This document shows, piece by piece, positions 25,829 through 33,638 of a DNA stretch of 64,000 bases (its first letter is position 1; the number at the start of each line of letters is the position of its first letter). Where the stretch lies: NCBI GenBank assembly GCA_046597705.1, contig JBKJJZ010000510.1:699-64698 (forward strand), given 5' to 3'. Both the position numbers and the translations under genes were made by a program. The notes under the pieces are model-generated. The model was not told the DNA's origin. It ran no database searches and saw only the letters and a list, made by a program, of their open reading frames with translations. This DNA is from Vicinamibacterales bacterium (GTDB taxonomy: Bacteria > Acidobacteriota > Vicinamibacteria > Vicinamibacterales > SCN-69-37).

Positions 25829-27282
25829 GCACCCTGCTGAACGCGTTGCAACCCGGTGACTGCCATGCGTTCGACGCAGGCGGGCAGCGCTTCCTCTACC
25901 TCGCGCCCAGCGCCGCGGTCATGGCCGTCGACGACGTGTCCGCAGCTGTGCTCGATGCGATCAAGGCGCGGCCAAGGTCCTCGGAAGAGATCGTGGCCGA
26001 CCTCGCCGATCGGTTCCCGGCGGAAGCCGTGGACGAGAGTCTTGATGAACTGGTGAGAGTGCGCGCGCTCCGCCGCGTCGACACTCCGGCCCGTCGTCCT
26101 CCCGTGGTGGTGCCGCTGACGCCGGTGCCGCTCAGCACGATGGTGCTCAACGTCACCAACCAGTGCAACCTCAGCTGCACGTATTGCTACGAGTACGGCG
26201 AAGACAAGATCGTCCAGACCGAAAACGGCAAGCAGCCGAAGATGATGACCGAGCAGACCGCCCGCGACAGCGTGGACTTCCTGCTGCGTGAGTCCGGCAA
26301 GGACGCGCACATGACGTTCTTCGGCGGTGAAACGCTGCTGAACTTCAGGGTGTTGAAGACGACGGTTGCGTACGCAACCGAGCAGGCTGCCGCACTGGGC
26401 AAGACCATCGACTTCAGCATGACGACGAACGCCACGCTTTTGAGTCCGGAGGTCATCGACTTCCTGGCGGAGCACAAGTTCGGCGTGACGATATCGATGG
26501 ACGGCCCGCCGGACCTGCAGAACAAGTTTCGCGTGTTTCACAACGGCACGGGCAGCTACGATGTGATGGCGCCGAAGGCGAAGGCGCTGATTGCGAAGCA
26601 CCGTTCGCGGCCGATTGGCGCGCGCGTGACGCTGACCAGAGAGACGCTGGATGTTCGGCGCATCTACGACCACCTGACGCAGGACATCGGTTTCTGGGAG
26701 GTGGGCTTCGCGCCAGTGACGGCATCACCGGAGCGCCCGCATGCATTCGGCGACGAAGGCTTCGAGCAGGTGTTGTCGGAGTTCCGGGCGCTGGCGCAGG
26801 ACTATCTGGCGGCCGCGCTCGAGAATCGGCATCACGGATTCAGTAACGTGCGCGAGACGCTCGGCGAGATTCACAAAGGCGCGAGCAAGGCGTGGCCATG
26901 CGGTGCCGGCTTCGGACTGCTTGGTGTTTCGACCGGAGGCGATGTGGGCCTCTGTCATCGTTTCGCCGGGTCGGACGACCACAAGTTCGGCACCGTCAAG
27001 GGCGGCATCGATCGGACGAAGCAGCACGATTTCCTCGAGTCGCATCACATCAGCAACAAGACCGATTGTCAGACGTGCTGGGCGCGGCCGCTGTGCGCGG
27101 GCGGGTGTTATCACGAGGCCCACACCAGATTCGGCACCACCAACCAGCCCAACCTGCACTACTGCGACTGGATTCGAGGATGGACCGATACCTGTCTCCA
27201 AATTTACGGAACAATTGCGCAACTCAACCCGGGATTCCTTCAACAGTTCGAGGACGCCAATGAAACACCTCAGCCCAGTTAA
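25825..27282 (+). CDS. qhpD: Radical SAM/SPASM peptide-modifying enzyme QhpD (thioether crosslinks in QhpC)
   Basis: CNLSCTYCY is the CxxxCxxC motif. The C-terminal Cys-rich SPASM region is CGAG...CHRF...CQTCWARPLCAGGCYHE. The GTG start overlaps the qhpA stop (GTGA). Confidence 0.85.
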   Translation: MSTLLNALQPGDCHAFDAGGQRFLYLAPSAAVMAVDDVSAAVLDAIKARPRSSEEIVADLADRFPAEAVDESLDELVRVRALRRVDTPARRPPVVVPLTPVPLSTMVLNVTNQCNLSCTYCYEYGEDKIVQTENGKQPKMMTEQTARDSVDFLLRESGKDAHMTFFGGETLLNFRVLKTTVAYATEQAAALGKTIDFSMTTNATLLSPEVIDFLAEHKFGVTISMDGPPDLQNKFRVFHNGTGSYDVMAPKAKALIAKHRSRPIGARVTLTRETLDVRRIYDHLTQDIGFWEVGFAPVTASPERPHAFGDEGFEQVLSEFRALAQDYLAAALENRHHGFSNVRETLGEIHKGASKAWPCGAGFGLLGVSTGGDVGLCHRFAGSDDHKFGTVKGGIDRTKQHDFLESHHISNKTDCQTCWARPLCAGGCYHEAHTRFGTTNQPNLHYCDWIRGWTDTCLQIYGTIAQLNPGFLQQFEDANETPQPS

Positions 27283-27607
27283 CGCCAAAGCCCGTCGCCT
27301 CTCACACGCGATTGCCGGGTCTGAAAACCCGGCAAACGACGTAGTGGCCCTTCACACCCCGCAGCAGCCGCAGGGCCCGCACATTCCGTTGGGATGTTCG
27401 ACCGTGTTCGCGCCCGGGTGGGAAGTGGACCGCACCGGCGGCACCGCTGGCCTGTGTCAGCCGGTCGAACGCGATCTGTTCGATTGCCATCTGGGCTGCT
27501 TCTGGCCCGCGCAGGTGCCGGACCAGTTGAACCACGCGCCTGACTGGACCAAGAAGTGCGCCGCCGCCCAGAAGGACTGGCGCCGCATTGACGTTATTTT
27601 CCCATGA
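27260..27607 (+). CDS. qhpC: Quinohemoprotein amine dehydrogenase gamma subunit precursor (CTQ-bearing crosslinked peptide)
   Basis: 115 aa. The core is GCSTVFAPGWE...GLCQPVERD...DCHLGCFWPAQVPD. Spacings C-x8-E, C-x5-D, C-x5-W and C-x7-D reproduce the Cys7-Glu16, Cys27-Asp33, Cys37-Trp43 (CTQ) and Cys41-Asp49 pattern I recall for Paracoccus QhpC. The gene overlaps the qhpD 3' end and the qhpB start (ATGA). Confidence 0.9.
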   Translation: MKHLSPVNAKARRLSHAIAGSENPANDVVALHTPQQPQGPHIPLGCSTVFAPGWEVDRTGGTAGLCQPVERDLFDCHLGCFWPAQVPDQLNHAPDWTKKCAAAQKDWRRIDVIFP

Positions 27608-28707
27608 AGATCCTTGCGCTTCTGTTGACGCTTGCCGTGGCTCAGGTCACGGTCAATAACCCGCGACCGAACCGGGCGGCCGCTCCAGCAACCGCCGTTC
27701 CCGGCACCGGCACGATCTATGTCGGCAACTACAAGGGCACGATCTCGGTGATCGACGAGGCTACTGAAAAAATCATCGGAGAGATTCCGCTGAAGGCCGG
27801 CATCCCCGGCCGCATCGCGTTTTCCAACGACCGGTCGCGTCTCTACGTGGCTGGCATCTCCTATGAAACCATCGAGGTCATCGATCGCGAGAATCGCCAG
27901 AGCCTCGAGGTGCACACGCTCAGCGAGGGCAAAACCAAGGTCCGCATCTGGGGCATGCAGCCGGACCCGTTCGACAAGTACCTGATCCTGGTCATCAAGA
28001 AGTACACGCTGAACGACGACTCCTGGGAAATCGGCCCCCCCACGCTGGTGCAGTACGACCTGGCGACGAAAAAGATCGCGCGCACGATTGCGTGGCCGAA
28101 GGATGAGGAGCGCGAGCGCGCGTCCGTGATTTTCTCGCCGGACGGCAAGCTCATGTACTTGTTCGGCGATGACATCCTCATCTACGAGACCGAAACGTTC
28201 AAGCAGGTGGACACGTGGAACCTCGCTCTGCCGCTGGAGCCTGGCGCCGGCCGCGTGACCTTTGGCGGCCTGGATCCGTTCACAGCGACGCCCGGAATCT
28301 ACACGGGCCTTCTGACCATGAACGACCCGCTGAACAACCGGCGGATGCTGGGCATCGGCACGGTCGATCTGGTGAAGAAGAAGGTGGACTTCCGGCCGAT
28401 TGGACCCACCAAGCCGCTGTCGTGGGCGCTGTCGCCGGACCGCAAGCGCATCTACGGCCTGTTCAGCGACATCGGCGAGTACGAGTTCTGGACGATTGAT
28501 GTGGAGGCTGGCACCGTGGTGGCCCGTGCCGCCATTGCGGGCCGGCCGCGCATGAGCAATCGCGTCAGCAGTAACGGCAACATCATCTACATCTACACGG
28601 CCGGCAACACGATCGACTACTACGACGTCAACACGCTCAAGAAGCTGCGCACGCTGACGCTCGACACGGACATGACGTCGTTCACGCTGGTGCCGCCCAA
28701 GCGGTGA
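27604..28707 (+). CDS. qhpB: Quinohemoprotein amine dehydrogenase beta subunit (7-bladed propeller)
   Basis: Signal peptide. ~365 aa of beta-rich repeats (YVGNYKGTISVID, LYVAG, MYLFG, IYGLF, IYIYT). The call also rests on its position after qhpC. Confidence 0.75.
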   Translation: MKILALLLTLAVAQVTVNNPRPNRAAAPATAVPGTGTIYVGNYKGTISVIDEATEKIIGEIPLKAGIPGRIAFSNDRSRLYVAGISYETIEVIDRENRQSLEVHTLSEGKTKVRIWGMQPDPFDKYLILVIKKYTLNDDSWEIGPPTLVQYDLATKKIARTIAWPKDEERERASVIFSPDGKLMYLFGDDILIYETETFKQVDTWNLALPLEPGAGRVTFGGLDPFTATPGIYTGLLTMNDPLNNRRMLGIGTVDLVKKKVDFRPIGPTKPLSWALSPDRKRIYGLFSDIGEYEFWTIDVEAGTVVARAAIAGRPRMSNRVSSNGNIIYIYTAGNTIDYYDVNTLKKLRTLTLDTDMTSFTLVPPKR

Positions 28708-28771
28708 GAAAAAGACGTCGGGAATCTTTTTGAAAGACGCAGGGCCAGAAAGACTCCCGACGTCTTTTTCT
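28707..28771 (+). terminator. Intrinsic-terminator-like hairpin (17-bp stem, A-tract/U-tract flanks) enclosing the qhpF start codon
   Basis: gaaaaagacgtcggga (28708-28723) is the perfect reverse complement of tcccgacgtctttttc (28755-28770). The 31-nt loop contains TTG 28730. It sits directly after the qhpB stop (28705-28707). Confidence 0.45.
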
Positions 28772-30487
28772 GTACTCCGCTACCTTCGTCCTTACCGGCC
28801 TCAACTGGCCGTCGTCGTGGTGATCAGCCTCGTCAGCACTGCGCTGTCGCTCTGGTTGCCGTACCTCACCAAGGATCTCGTCGATGAGGCGCTCATCGGA
28901 CGCAACAGCGCCGCCCTCTTCCGCATCGTCATTCTCTTTGCCGTCATCGGCGCGATTGGGTTCGTGCTCAACGTCGCGAGCGGCCTGGTCTACACGCGCG
29001 TCTCGGCGGATGTGCTGTTCGATATGCGGCGCGAGCTGTACGAACACCTGCAGCGCCTGTCACCGAGGTTCTACGCGGTTACTCGTCTGGGCGACATTGT
29101 CTCGCGCATCAACAGCGACATCAGCGAGATTCAGCGCGTCGCTGCGGAAGCGGCGCTTGCCTGGGTCGGGAATGTGCTTTTCCTTGTCGGCGGCATCGGT
29201 ATCCTCATCTGGCTCGACTGGCGCCTCTTCATCGTCGGTTTGACCACGCTGCCGCTGAGCGCGTGGGCGCTCGTAATTTATCGACGGCGACTGGACTCGC
29301 GCGTGACCGATCTTCGCGAGCGGAGTGCGGCCATCGGCAGCTTCCTGATCGAGACGCTTCAGGCTAATCGGACTGTAGTAACCTCCGGCGCCGAGAAGCG
29401 GGAAGTGAGCCGCTTCGGCACGCTCAATGGCGCCTTTGTTGAAACCGTGATGGGCTTGCAACGGGTGCATTACCTGGTGGGCGGCTTGCCGTCAATTCTT
29501 CTGGCAGGCGGCACCGCGGCCGTCTTCTTCTATGGCGGTTATCGCGTCGTTGACAACACGATGACAATGGGGACGTTGGCGGCGTTCATGGCGTATCAGG
29601 CGCGGGTGGTGGCGCCGGTCCAGGCGCTGATGGGTTTGTACGGAGCACTCGCGACTGCGAAGGTGTCGTGGCGGCGAGTAGCCGAGATCCTGGAGACCCC
29701 GGTGGAAGTGGTGGAGCGCACGAACCCGATCCCGTTGCCCACGGTGCGCGGTGAGATCGAGTTCGATAAAGTGACGCTCACTTACGGCCGGGGTGGTGCG
29801 GTGATTGAGGAGATCAGCTTCCGCGTCGCGCCGGGTGAGACATTAGCGATCGTCGGCGCCAGCGGCAGCGGCAAGTCAACGATTGCGGACGTACTGCTGC
29901 GCTTGCTCGATCCTGATTCCGGCACAGTGCGCCTCGATGGCCATGACCTCAGGGACGTGAGACTCGCAGACCTGCGAGAGCATGTGCAGGTGGTGGAGCA
30001 GGAGCCGCTGCTGTTTCACTCTTCAATCGCGGCGAACGTCCGTTATGCCAATCCCGATGCGAGTGACGACGAAGTGTGGCGCGCCCTTGAGGCGGCCGGC
30101 ATCTCGCGGTTTGTGGTTGCGCTGCCCGATGGTGTGAAGACAGTGGTGGGTGATCGCGGAGTCGCGTTGTCAGCGGGCGAGCGCCAACGCATCGCCTTGG
30201 CCCGAGCCCTCGTCACCAACCCGTCGGTGTTGATACTGGATGAACCAAGCGCGGCCCTCGATCCTGCGGCGGAGCGACAGGTGATCGAAGGCTATCGCGT
30301 TGCGATGAAGGGCAGGACGACGATCGTGATCTCGCACAGACTCGATGTGGTGCGCGCCGCAGATCATGTCGTGATGCTGGAGGGCGCACGCGTCGTAGAG
30401 CGCGGAACGCCGTCTGAATTGGCAGCGGCAGGGGGCCCCTTCGCGACATTGTTTGGCACGCAGTCCGTTGGAGGGCATGGCTCTTAG
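28730..30487 (+). CDS. qhpF: ABC exporter, fused permease/ATPase (QhpF-like)
   Basis: Six-TM domain. Walker A GASGSGKST, signature LSAGERQRIALARAL, Walker B LILDEPSAALD. TTG 28730 is the only in-frame start before the conserved LRYLRPYR region. Confidence 0.75.
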   Translation: MKDAGPERLPTSFSVLRYLRPYRPQLAVVVVISLVSTALSLWLPYLTKDLVDEALIGRNSAALFRIVILFAVIGAIGFVLNVASGLVYTRVSADVLFDMRRELYEHLQRLSPRFYAVTRLGDIVSRINSDISEIQRVAAEAALAWVGNVLFLVGGIGILIWLDWRLFIVGLTTLPLSAWALVIYRRRLDSRVTDLRERSAAIGSFLIETLQANRTVVTSGAEKREVSRFGTLNGAFVETVMGLQRVHYLVGGLPSILLAGGTAAVFFYGGYRVVDNTMTMGTLAAFMAYQARVVAPVQALMGLYGALATAKVSWRRVAEILETPVEVVERTNPIPLPTVRGEIEFDKVTLTYGRGGAVIEEISFRVAPGETLAIVGASGSGKSTIADVLLRLLDPDSGTVRLDGHDLRDVRLADLREHVQVVEQEPLLFHSSIAANVRYANPDASDDEVWRALEAAGISRFVVALPDGVKTVVGDRGVALSAGERQRIALARALVTNPSVLILDEPSAALDPAAERQVIEGYRVAMKGRTTIVISHRLDVVRAADHVVMLEGARVVERGTPSELAAAGGPFATLFGTQSVGGHGS

Positions 30488-30496
30488 CCGTGCCAG

Positions 30497-31207
30497 TTGC
30501 TCGTGATCGTATCTCCCCGTACTGTCCCGAGTCGCACCGGCCGCGGCGTGCGCATTGCCGTCGTTGACAGCGGCGTGCACGCCGAGCATCCGCATGTCGG
30601 CGGAGTCTCGGGCGGCATCGCAGTGGGCCCCACTGGCGAGTTGAGCCGCGACTTCGTCGACGCCCTGGGCCACGGCACTGCGGTAGCCGCCGCCATCCGC
30701 GAGAAGGCCCCCGAATGTGAACTGCTGGCTGTGCGCGTGTTCGACCGTACGCTCACGGCCACAGGGCAGGCACTGGTGGCCGCGATAGAGTGGTCCGCGC
30801 TGCAGGGCGTGCAACTGATCAACCTCAGTCTGGGCACTTCGAATCAGGACCACGCGTCCGCACTTGCCGCCGCTGTCGCGAGGGCCGCGGAAACTGGTGC
30901 GATCGTCGTCTCTGCCGCGCCGCAGGAGAACGCCGCGTGGTTGCCGGGCGGCCTTTCGGGCGTGGTGTCCGTGGATGTCGACTGGGACTGTCCTCGCGAC
31001 GAATGTCGCGTGACCACGACTGAGGATGGGCGTATCCGCCTTGCGGCGTCCGGCTACCCGCGCCCCATCCCCGGTGTGCCTCCAGAACGAAACTTCAGCG
31101 GCCTCAGCTTCGCCGTCGCGAACGCGGCCGGTCTGTTGGCGCTAATACTTCAGGAGCATCCAGCGAATAGCGTCGCTGCACTCGCGGAGCAACTGCGCGT
31201 CGAATGA
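30497..31207 (+). CDS. qhpE: Subtilisin-like S8 serine protease (QhpE-like leader peptidase)
   Basis: D/H/S triad contexts IAVVDSGV, LGHGTAVAAAI and SGLSFAVANAAG. Small size (~220-236 aa). The start is uncertain (TTG 30497 or GTG 30548). Confidence 0.7.
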   Translation: MLVIVSPRTVPSRTGRGVRIAVVDSGVHAEHPHVGGVSGGIAVGPTGELSRDFVDALGHGTAVAAAIREKAPECELLAVRVFDRTLTATGQALVAAIEWSALQGVQLINLSLGTSNQDHASALAAAVARAAETGAIVVSAAPQENAAWLPGGLSGVVSVDVDWDCPRDECRVTTTEDGRIRLAASGYPRPIPGVPPERNFSGLSFAVANAAGLLALILQEHPANSVAALAEQLRVE

Positions 31208-31244
31208 CGACTCACGCCGCTGTTATCCGCTGCACAATCCAAAC

Positions 31245-31325
31245 ACAGGTGCCAGAGAGTTCGCATTGCGCGATCCTGACGGGTACTACGTCATGGTCAG
31301 CGACGTGGGCGGATTGCAGCTCTAG
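31245..31325 (+). pseudogene. Remnant of the C-terminus of a VOC/glyoxalase gene
   Basis: The frame ending at TAG 31323-31325 reads ...GAREFALRDPDGYYVMVSDVGGLQL*, a typical last beta-hairpin of a VOC domain. No upstream domain or start is present. Confidence 0.35.
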
Positions 31326-31852
31326 CGGCGCGAACTTCCGCCCTCGTGTTCCAGCGTTGAGATTCGTTTTTCATGGTCCGCCAGAGTAGCGGCAAAGGCG
31401 CGGTCCGCGGCTTCTCCGGGAATCGCGTGGTCGTCGAGCCGCTTCAGGATCATCGCGAAACCGGCGCGCATTTCCTGCCGGAGGCTGTCATCTTCCCGGA
31501 TGCCGCGAATCCGGTCAATCACGTCTTCGTGAAGCACCCCCATATGTCGCCGCAAGTCCACCCCGCCGGTCTTCAAGTCCGCGACGTCGCCTTTGAGACT
31601 TGTGACATCGCCTTTGAGCCCTGCGACGTCGGCTTTGAGCCCTGTGACATCGCCTTTGAGACTTGTGACATCGCCTTTGAGCCCTGTGACGTCGGCTTTG
31701 AGCCCTGTGACATCGTCCCTGAGACTTGTGACATCGCCCCTGAGACTTGTGAGATCGCCCTGAAGGCCCGTCACATCGGCCGCCAAATGATCTAGTCGCA
31801 GATCGACCCGGTCGAATCGCCGGTCGATCTCGTCAAAGCGTTCCTCAGCCAT
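31322..31852 (-). CDS. Heptad-repeat (coiled-coil) protein with 10 tandem DVTxLKG units
   Basis: MAEERFDEIDRRFDRVDLRLDHL, then DVTGLQG DLTSLRG DVTSLRD DVTGLKA DVTGLKG DVTSLKG DVTGLKA DVAGLKG DVTSLKG DVADLKT, then a ~75-aa helical tail. ATG 31852 is preceded by GGAGGGG. Confidence 0.6.
   Translation of the reverse strand: MAEERFDEIDRRFDRVDLRLDHLAADVTGLQGDLTSLRGDVTSLRDDVTGLKADVTGLKGDVTSLKGDVTGLKADVAGLKGDVTSLKGDVADLKTGGVDLRRHMGVLHEDVIDRIRGIREDDSLRQEMRAGFAMILKRLDDHAIPGEAADRAFAATLADHEKRISTLEHEGGSSRR
31571..31780. repeat. 10 x 21-bp tandem repeat (with 63-bp higher-order unit) inside the heptad-repeat gene
   Basis: Units such as tttgagacttgtgacatcgcc and tttgagccctgtgacgtcggc are read directly. 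Units 2-4 nearly equal units 5-7. Confidence 0.9.
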
Positions 31853-31991
31853 CGCCCCTCCACTGCCGAACGACGACGATACCATCGTCTGGCAGAGCCA
31901 AGCAGGACTGGCTCCAGAATCGTGTACACGGCTCAATCCGGCGCCTCACGTGCGTTTCAAGGTCCGTTGCGCGAACGCGACGCCACTTCGT

Positions 31992-32021
31992 TTGACTATT
32001 GTATTAATACACTAGTACAAT
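31992..32021 (+). promoter_or_regulatory. Sigma70-like promoter TTGACT-N18-TACAAT overlapped by palindromes (TGTATTAATACA; ATTGTA...TACAAT)
   Basis: tttgactattgtattaatacactagtacaat is a sharply AT-rich island in a high-GC window, 13 nt upstream of ATG 32034. Confidence 0.4.
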
Positions 32022-32033
32022 AAGGCAGCTTCA

Positions 32034-32465
32034 ATGAAACCGGCGAAAATGGGAGGGGGACACATGGAGATGCTTTCGCTCATCGTCGTTGCTGGCGCAG
32101 TCGGAGGGGGCGTCGTGGCGCTTCTGCTTGCGGTTGCCCATCGTTGGCATGTCGGCCCAGTGCAGTTCGACGCCTTTGCGAGGGGAAGCGGGGCGGGCAG
32201 GACCGACGTGATCAACATTTCGTCCGTTCGGGTCGCGGGCGTTGGCGGCTTGGGTCTCGTCGCGATGGCGATGACTCTGGCGTGGTCCATACCGAGGATC
32301 GGACAGACGATGACGCTGGGAGCGATGCTGGGAACCGGGATGGCGGCGGTGCTGATTCTGCGGGCCCGACGTCTGGGTCCGATACCCACAAGTAGCGGTA
32401 GTCCCGGCGCGAACACCACGCTCTCAATTGACAGTAAGGGTAGAGGCGGAGAGCGGCGCGTTTGA
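32034..32465 (+). CDS. Small integral membrane protein, unknown function
   Basis: Three hydrophobic segments (LSLIVVAGAVGGGVVALLLAV; VAGVGGLGLVAMAMTLAW; LGAMLGTGMAAVLIL). The stop overlaps the start of the histidine kinase. Confidence 0.5.
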   Translation: MKPAKMGGGHMEMLSLIVVAGAVGGGVVALLLAVAHRWHVGPVQFDAFARGSGAGRTDVINISSVRVAGVGGLGLVAMAMTLAWSIPRIGQTMTLGAMLGTGMAAVLILRARRLGPIPTSSGSPGANTTLSIDSKGRGGERRV

Positions 32466-33628
32466 TACGATGGCCGGAGAGCCAGCAACAGATGACAATT
32501 GATGTTCTCGATGAACTTGCCCAGCTGATTGAGAACAAGCGCGATGCTCTGCTTTCCACGTGGCGCGCGCAGGTTCGGGAACTGCCGTCGGCGCAGAATC
32601 TGGACGCGCCTACACTCAACGATCACATACCGGACCTGCTGATGGAACTGGCCACGGCGCTCCGGGCGGGCCCCGGAGAAACCATTGCCGACGCCCTGCT
32701 CGACGACAGTCCGCCTGCGCATGGACTCCAGCGCGTCAAGGACGCATTCGACATCGAGGAGGTCGTTGCCGAGTACAACATCCTGCGCGGCTGCATCCAC
32801 GATCTGGCAGAGCAGCACGGTTTGAACATGCAGGGCAGCCCGTTTCGAGTCCTCAACCGCGTCCTCGATGGCGCGATTGGGTCGGCCGTAGAATCCTTCG
32901 CCACGCAAAAGGCGCTGGAGGTCCAGCATCGGCGAGAGGAATACCTGGCGTTCGTGGCCCACGACCTCCGCACGCCGTTGAACGCGATTGCGCTGTCAGG
33001 CCGGGCCCTGGCACTGGTCCTGACCCGGGACGAGACGGAAACGCCGCAGACCCGGCAGATGTTGAAGACGCTCAGCCGGAACGTGCACCATCTGGAGGCG
33101 CTGGTCAGCAAGGTCATCGAGGAGAACCAGAATCTCGAGACTGAAGTGGGCGTCAAGCTGGAACGCCGGGACTGCGATCTCTGGCCGCTGGTTGAAGCCC
33201 TCATTCATGACCTCCATCCAGTGGCCGGCACCCGCAGGACGCTCCTGACCAACGCCGTCAACGAAGACTGCGTCGTCTACGCCGATGCCAGCCTGTTGAG
33301 ACGGATACTGCAGAACCTCATCGCCAACGCCATTGCCTACACGCCACGAGGCGAAGTCATCATCGACGCGAGAGAGGCAGGTCCGTCCGGTGCTGTGGAG
33401 ATTGAAGTGCGTGATAACGGCGAGGGGATTCCGCCGGAACATCGGAGCACCGTCTTCGACAAGCACGAGACCGACCCCGATAAGGAGGGAGGTCTGGGGC
33501 TTGGCCTGGCCATCGTGAAGACGTTCGTCGAGGCCCACGACGGTGTGGTGACGTTCGACAGCCAACTTGGTGTGGGATCAACCTTCAGGTTTACATTTCC
33601 CGGCCGGCCCAAGACGCCGCAGCTTTGA
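32462..33628 (+). CDS. Cytoplasmic sensor histidine kinase (HisKA + HATPase_c)
   Basis: H-box FVAHDLRTPLNAI, N-box LQNLIANAIAYT, G-boxes RDNGEGIP and GGLGLGLAIV. The N-terminal helical sensor resembles an RsbRD-N-like domain. No TM segment is present. Confidence 0.85.
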   Translation: MIRWPESQQQMTIDVLDELAQLIENKRDALLSTWRAQVRELPSAQNLDAPTLNDHIPDLLMELATALRAGPGETIADALLDDSPPAHGLQRVKDAFDIEEVVAEYNILRGCIHDLAEQHGLNMQGSPFRVLNRVLDGAIGSAVESFATQKALEVQHRREEYLAFVAHDLRTPLNAIALSGRALALVLTRDETETPQTRQMLKTLSRNVHHLEALVSKVIEENQNLETEVGVKLERRDCDLWPLVEALIHDLHPVAGTRRTLLTNAVNEDCVVYADASLLRRILQNLIANAIAYTPRGEVIIDAREAGPSGAVEIEVRDNGEGIPPEHRSTVFDKHETDPDKEGGLGLGLAIVKTFVEAHDGVVTFDSQLGVGSTFRFTFPGRPKTPQL

Positions 33629-33638
33629 GAAAAGCCGC

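Noticed and set aside
25825-31207. Novel RiPP cluster (radical SAM/SPASM + small Cys peptide + S8 protease + ABC exporter)
   Set aside because: The context (di-haem alpha subunit, propeller beta subunit, flavin monooxygenase) and the exact Cys/Asp/Glu/Trp register of the peptide identify it as the known QHNDH maturation system.
31204-31389. 61-aa ORF after qhpE
   Set aside because: It has no RBS or motif, and a different frame of the same DNA holds a VOC C-terminal remnant. It is most likely non-coding.
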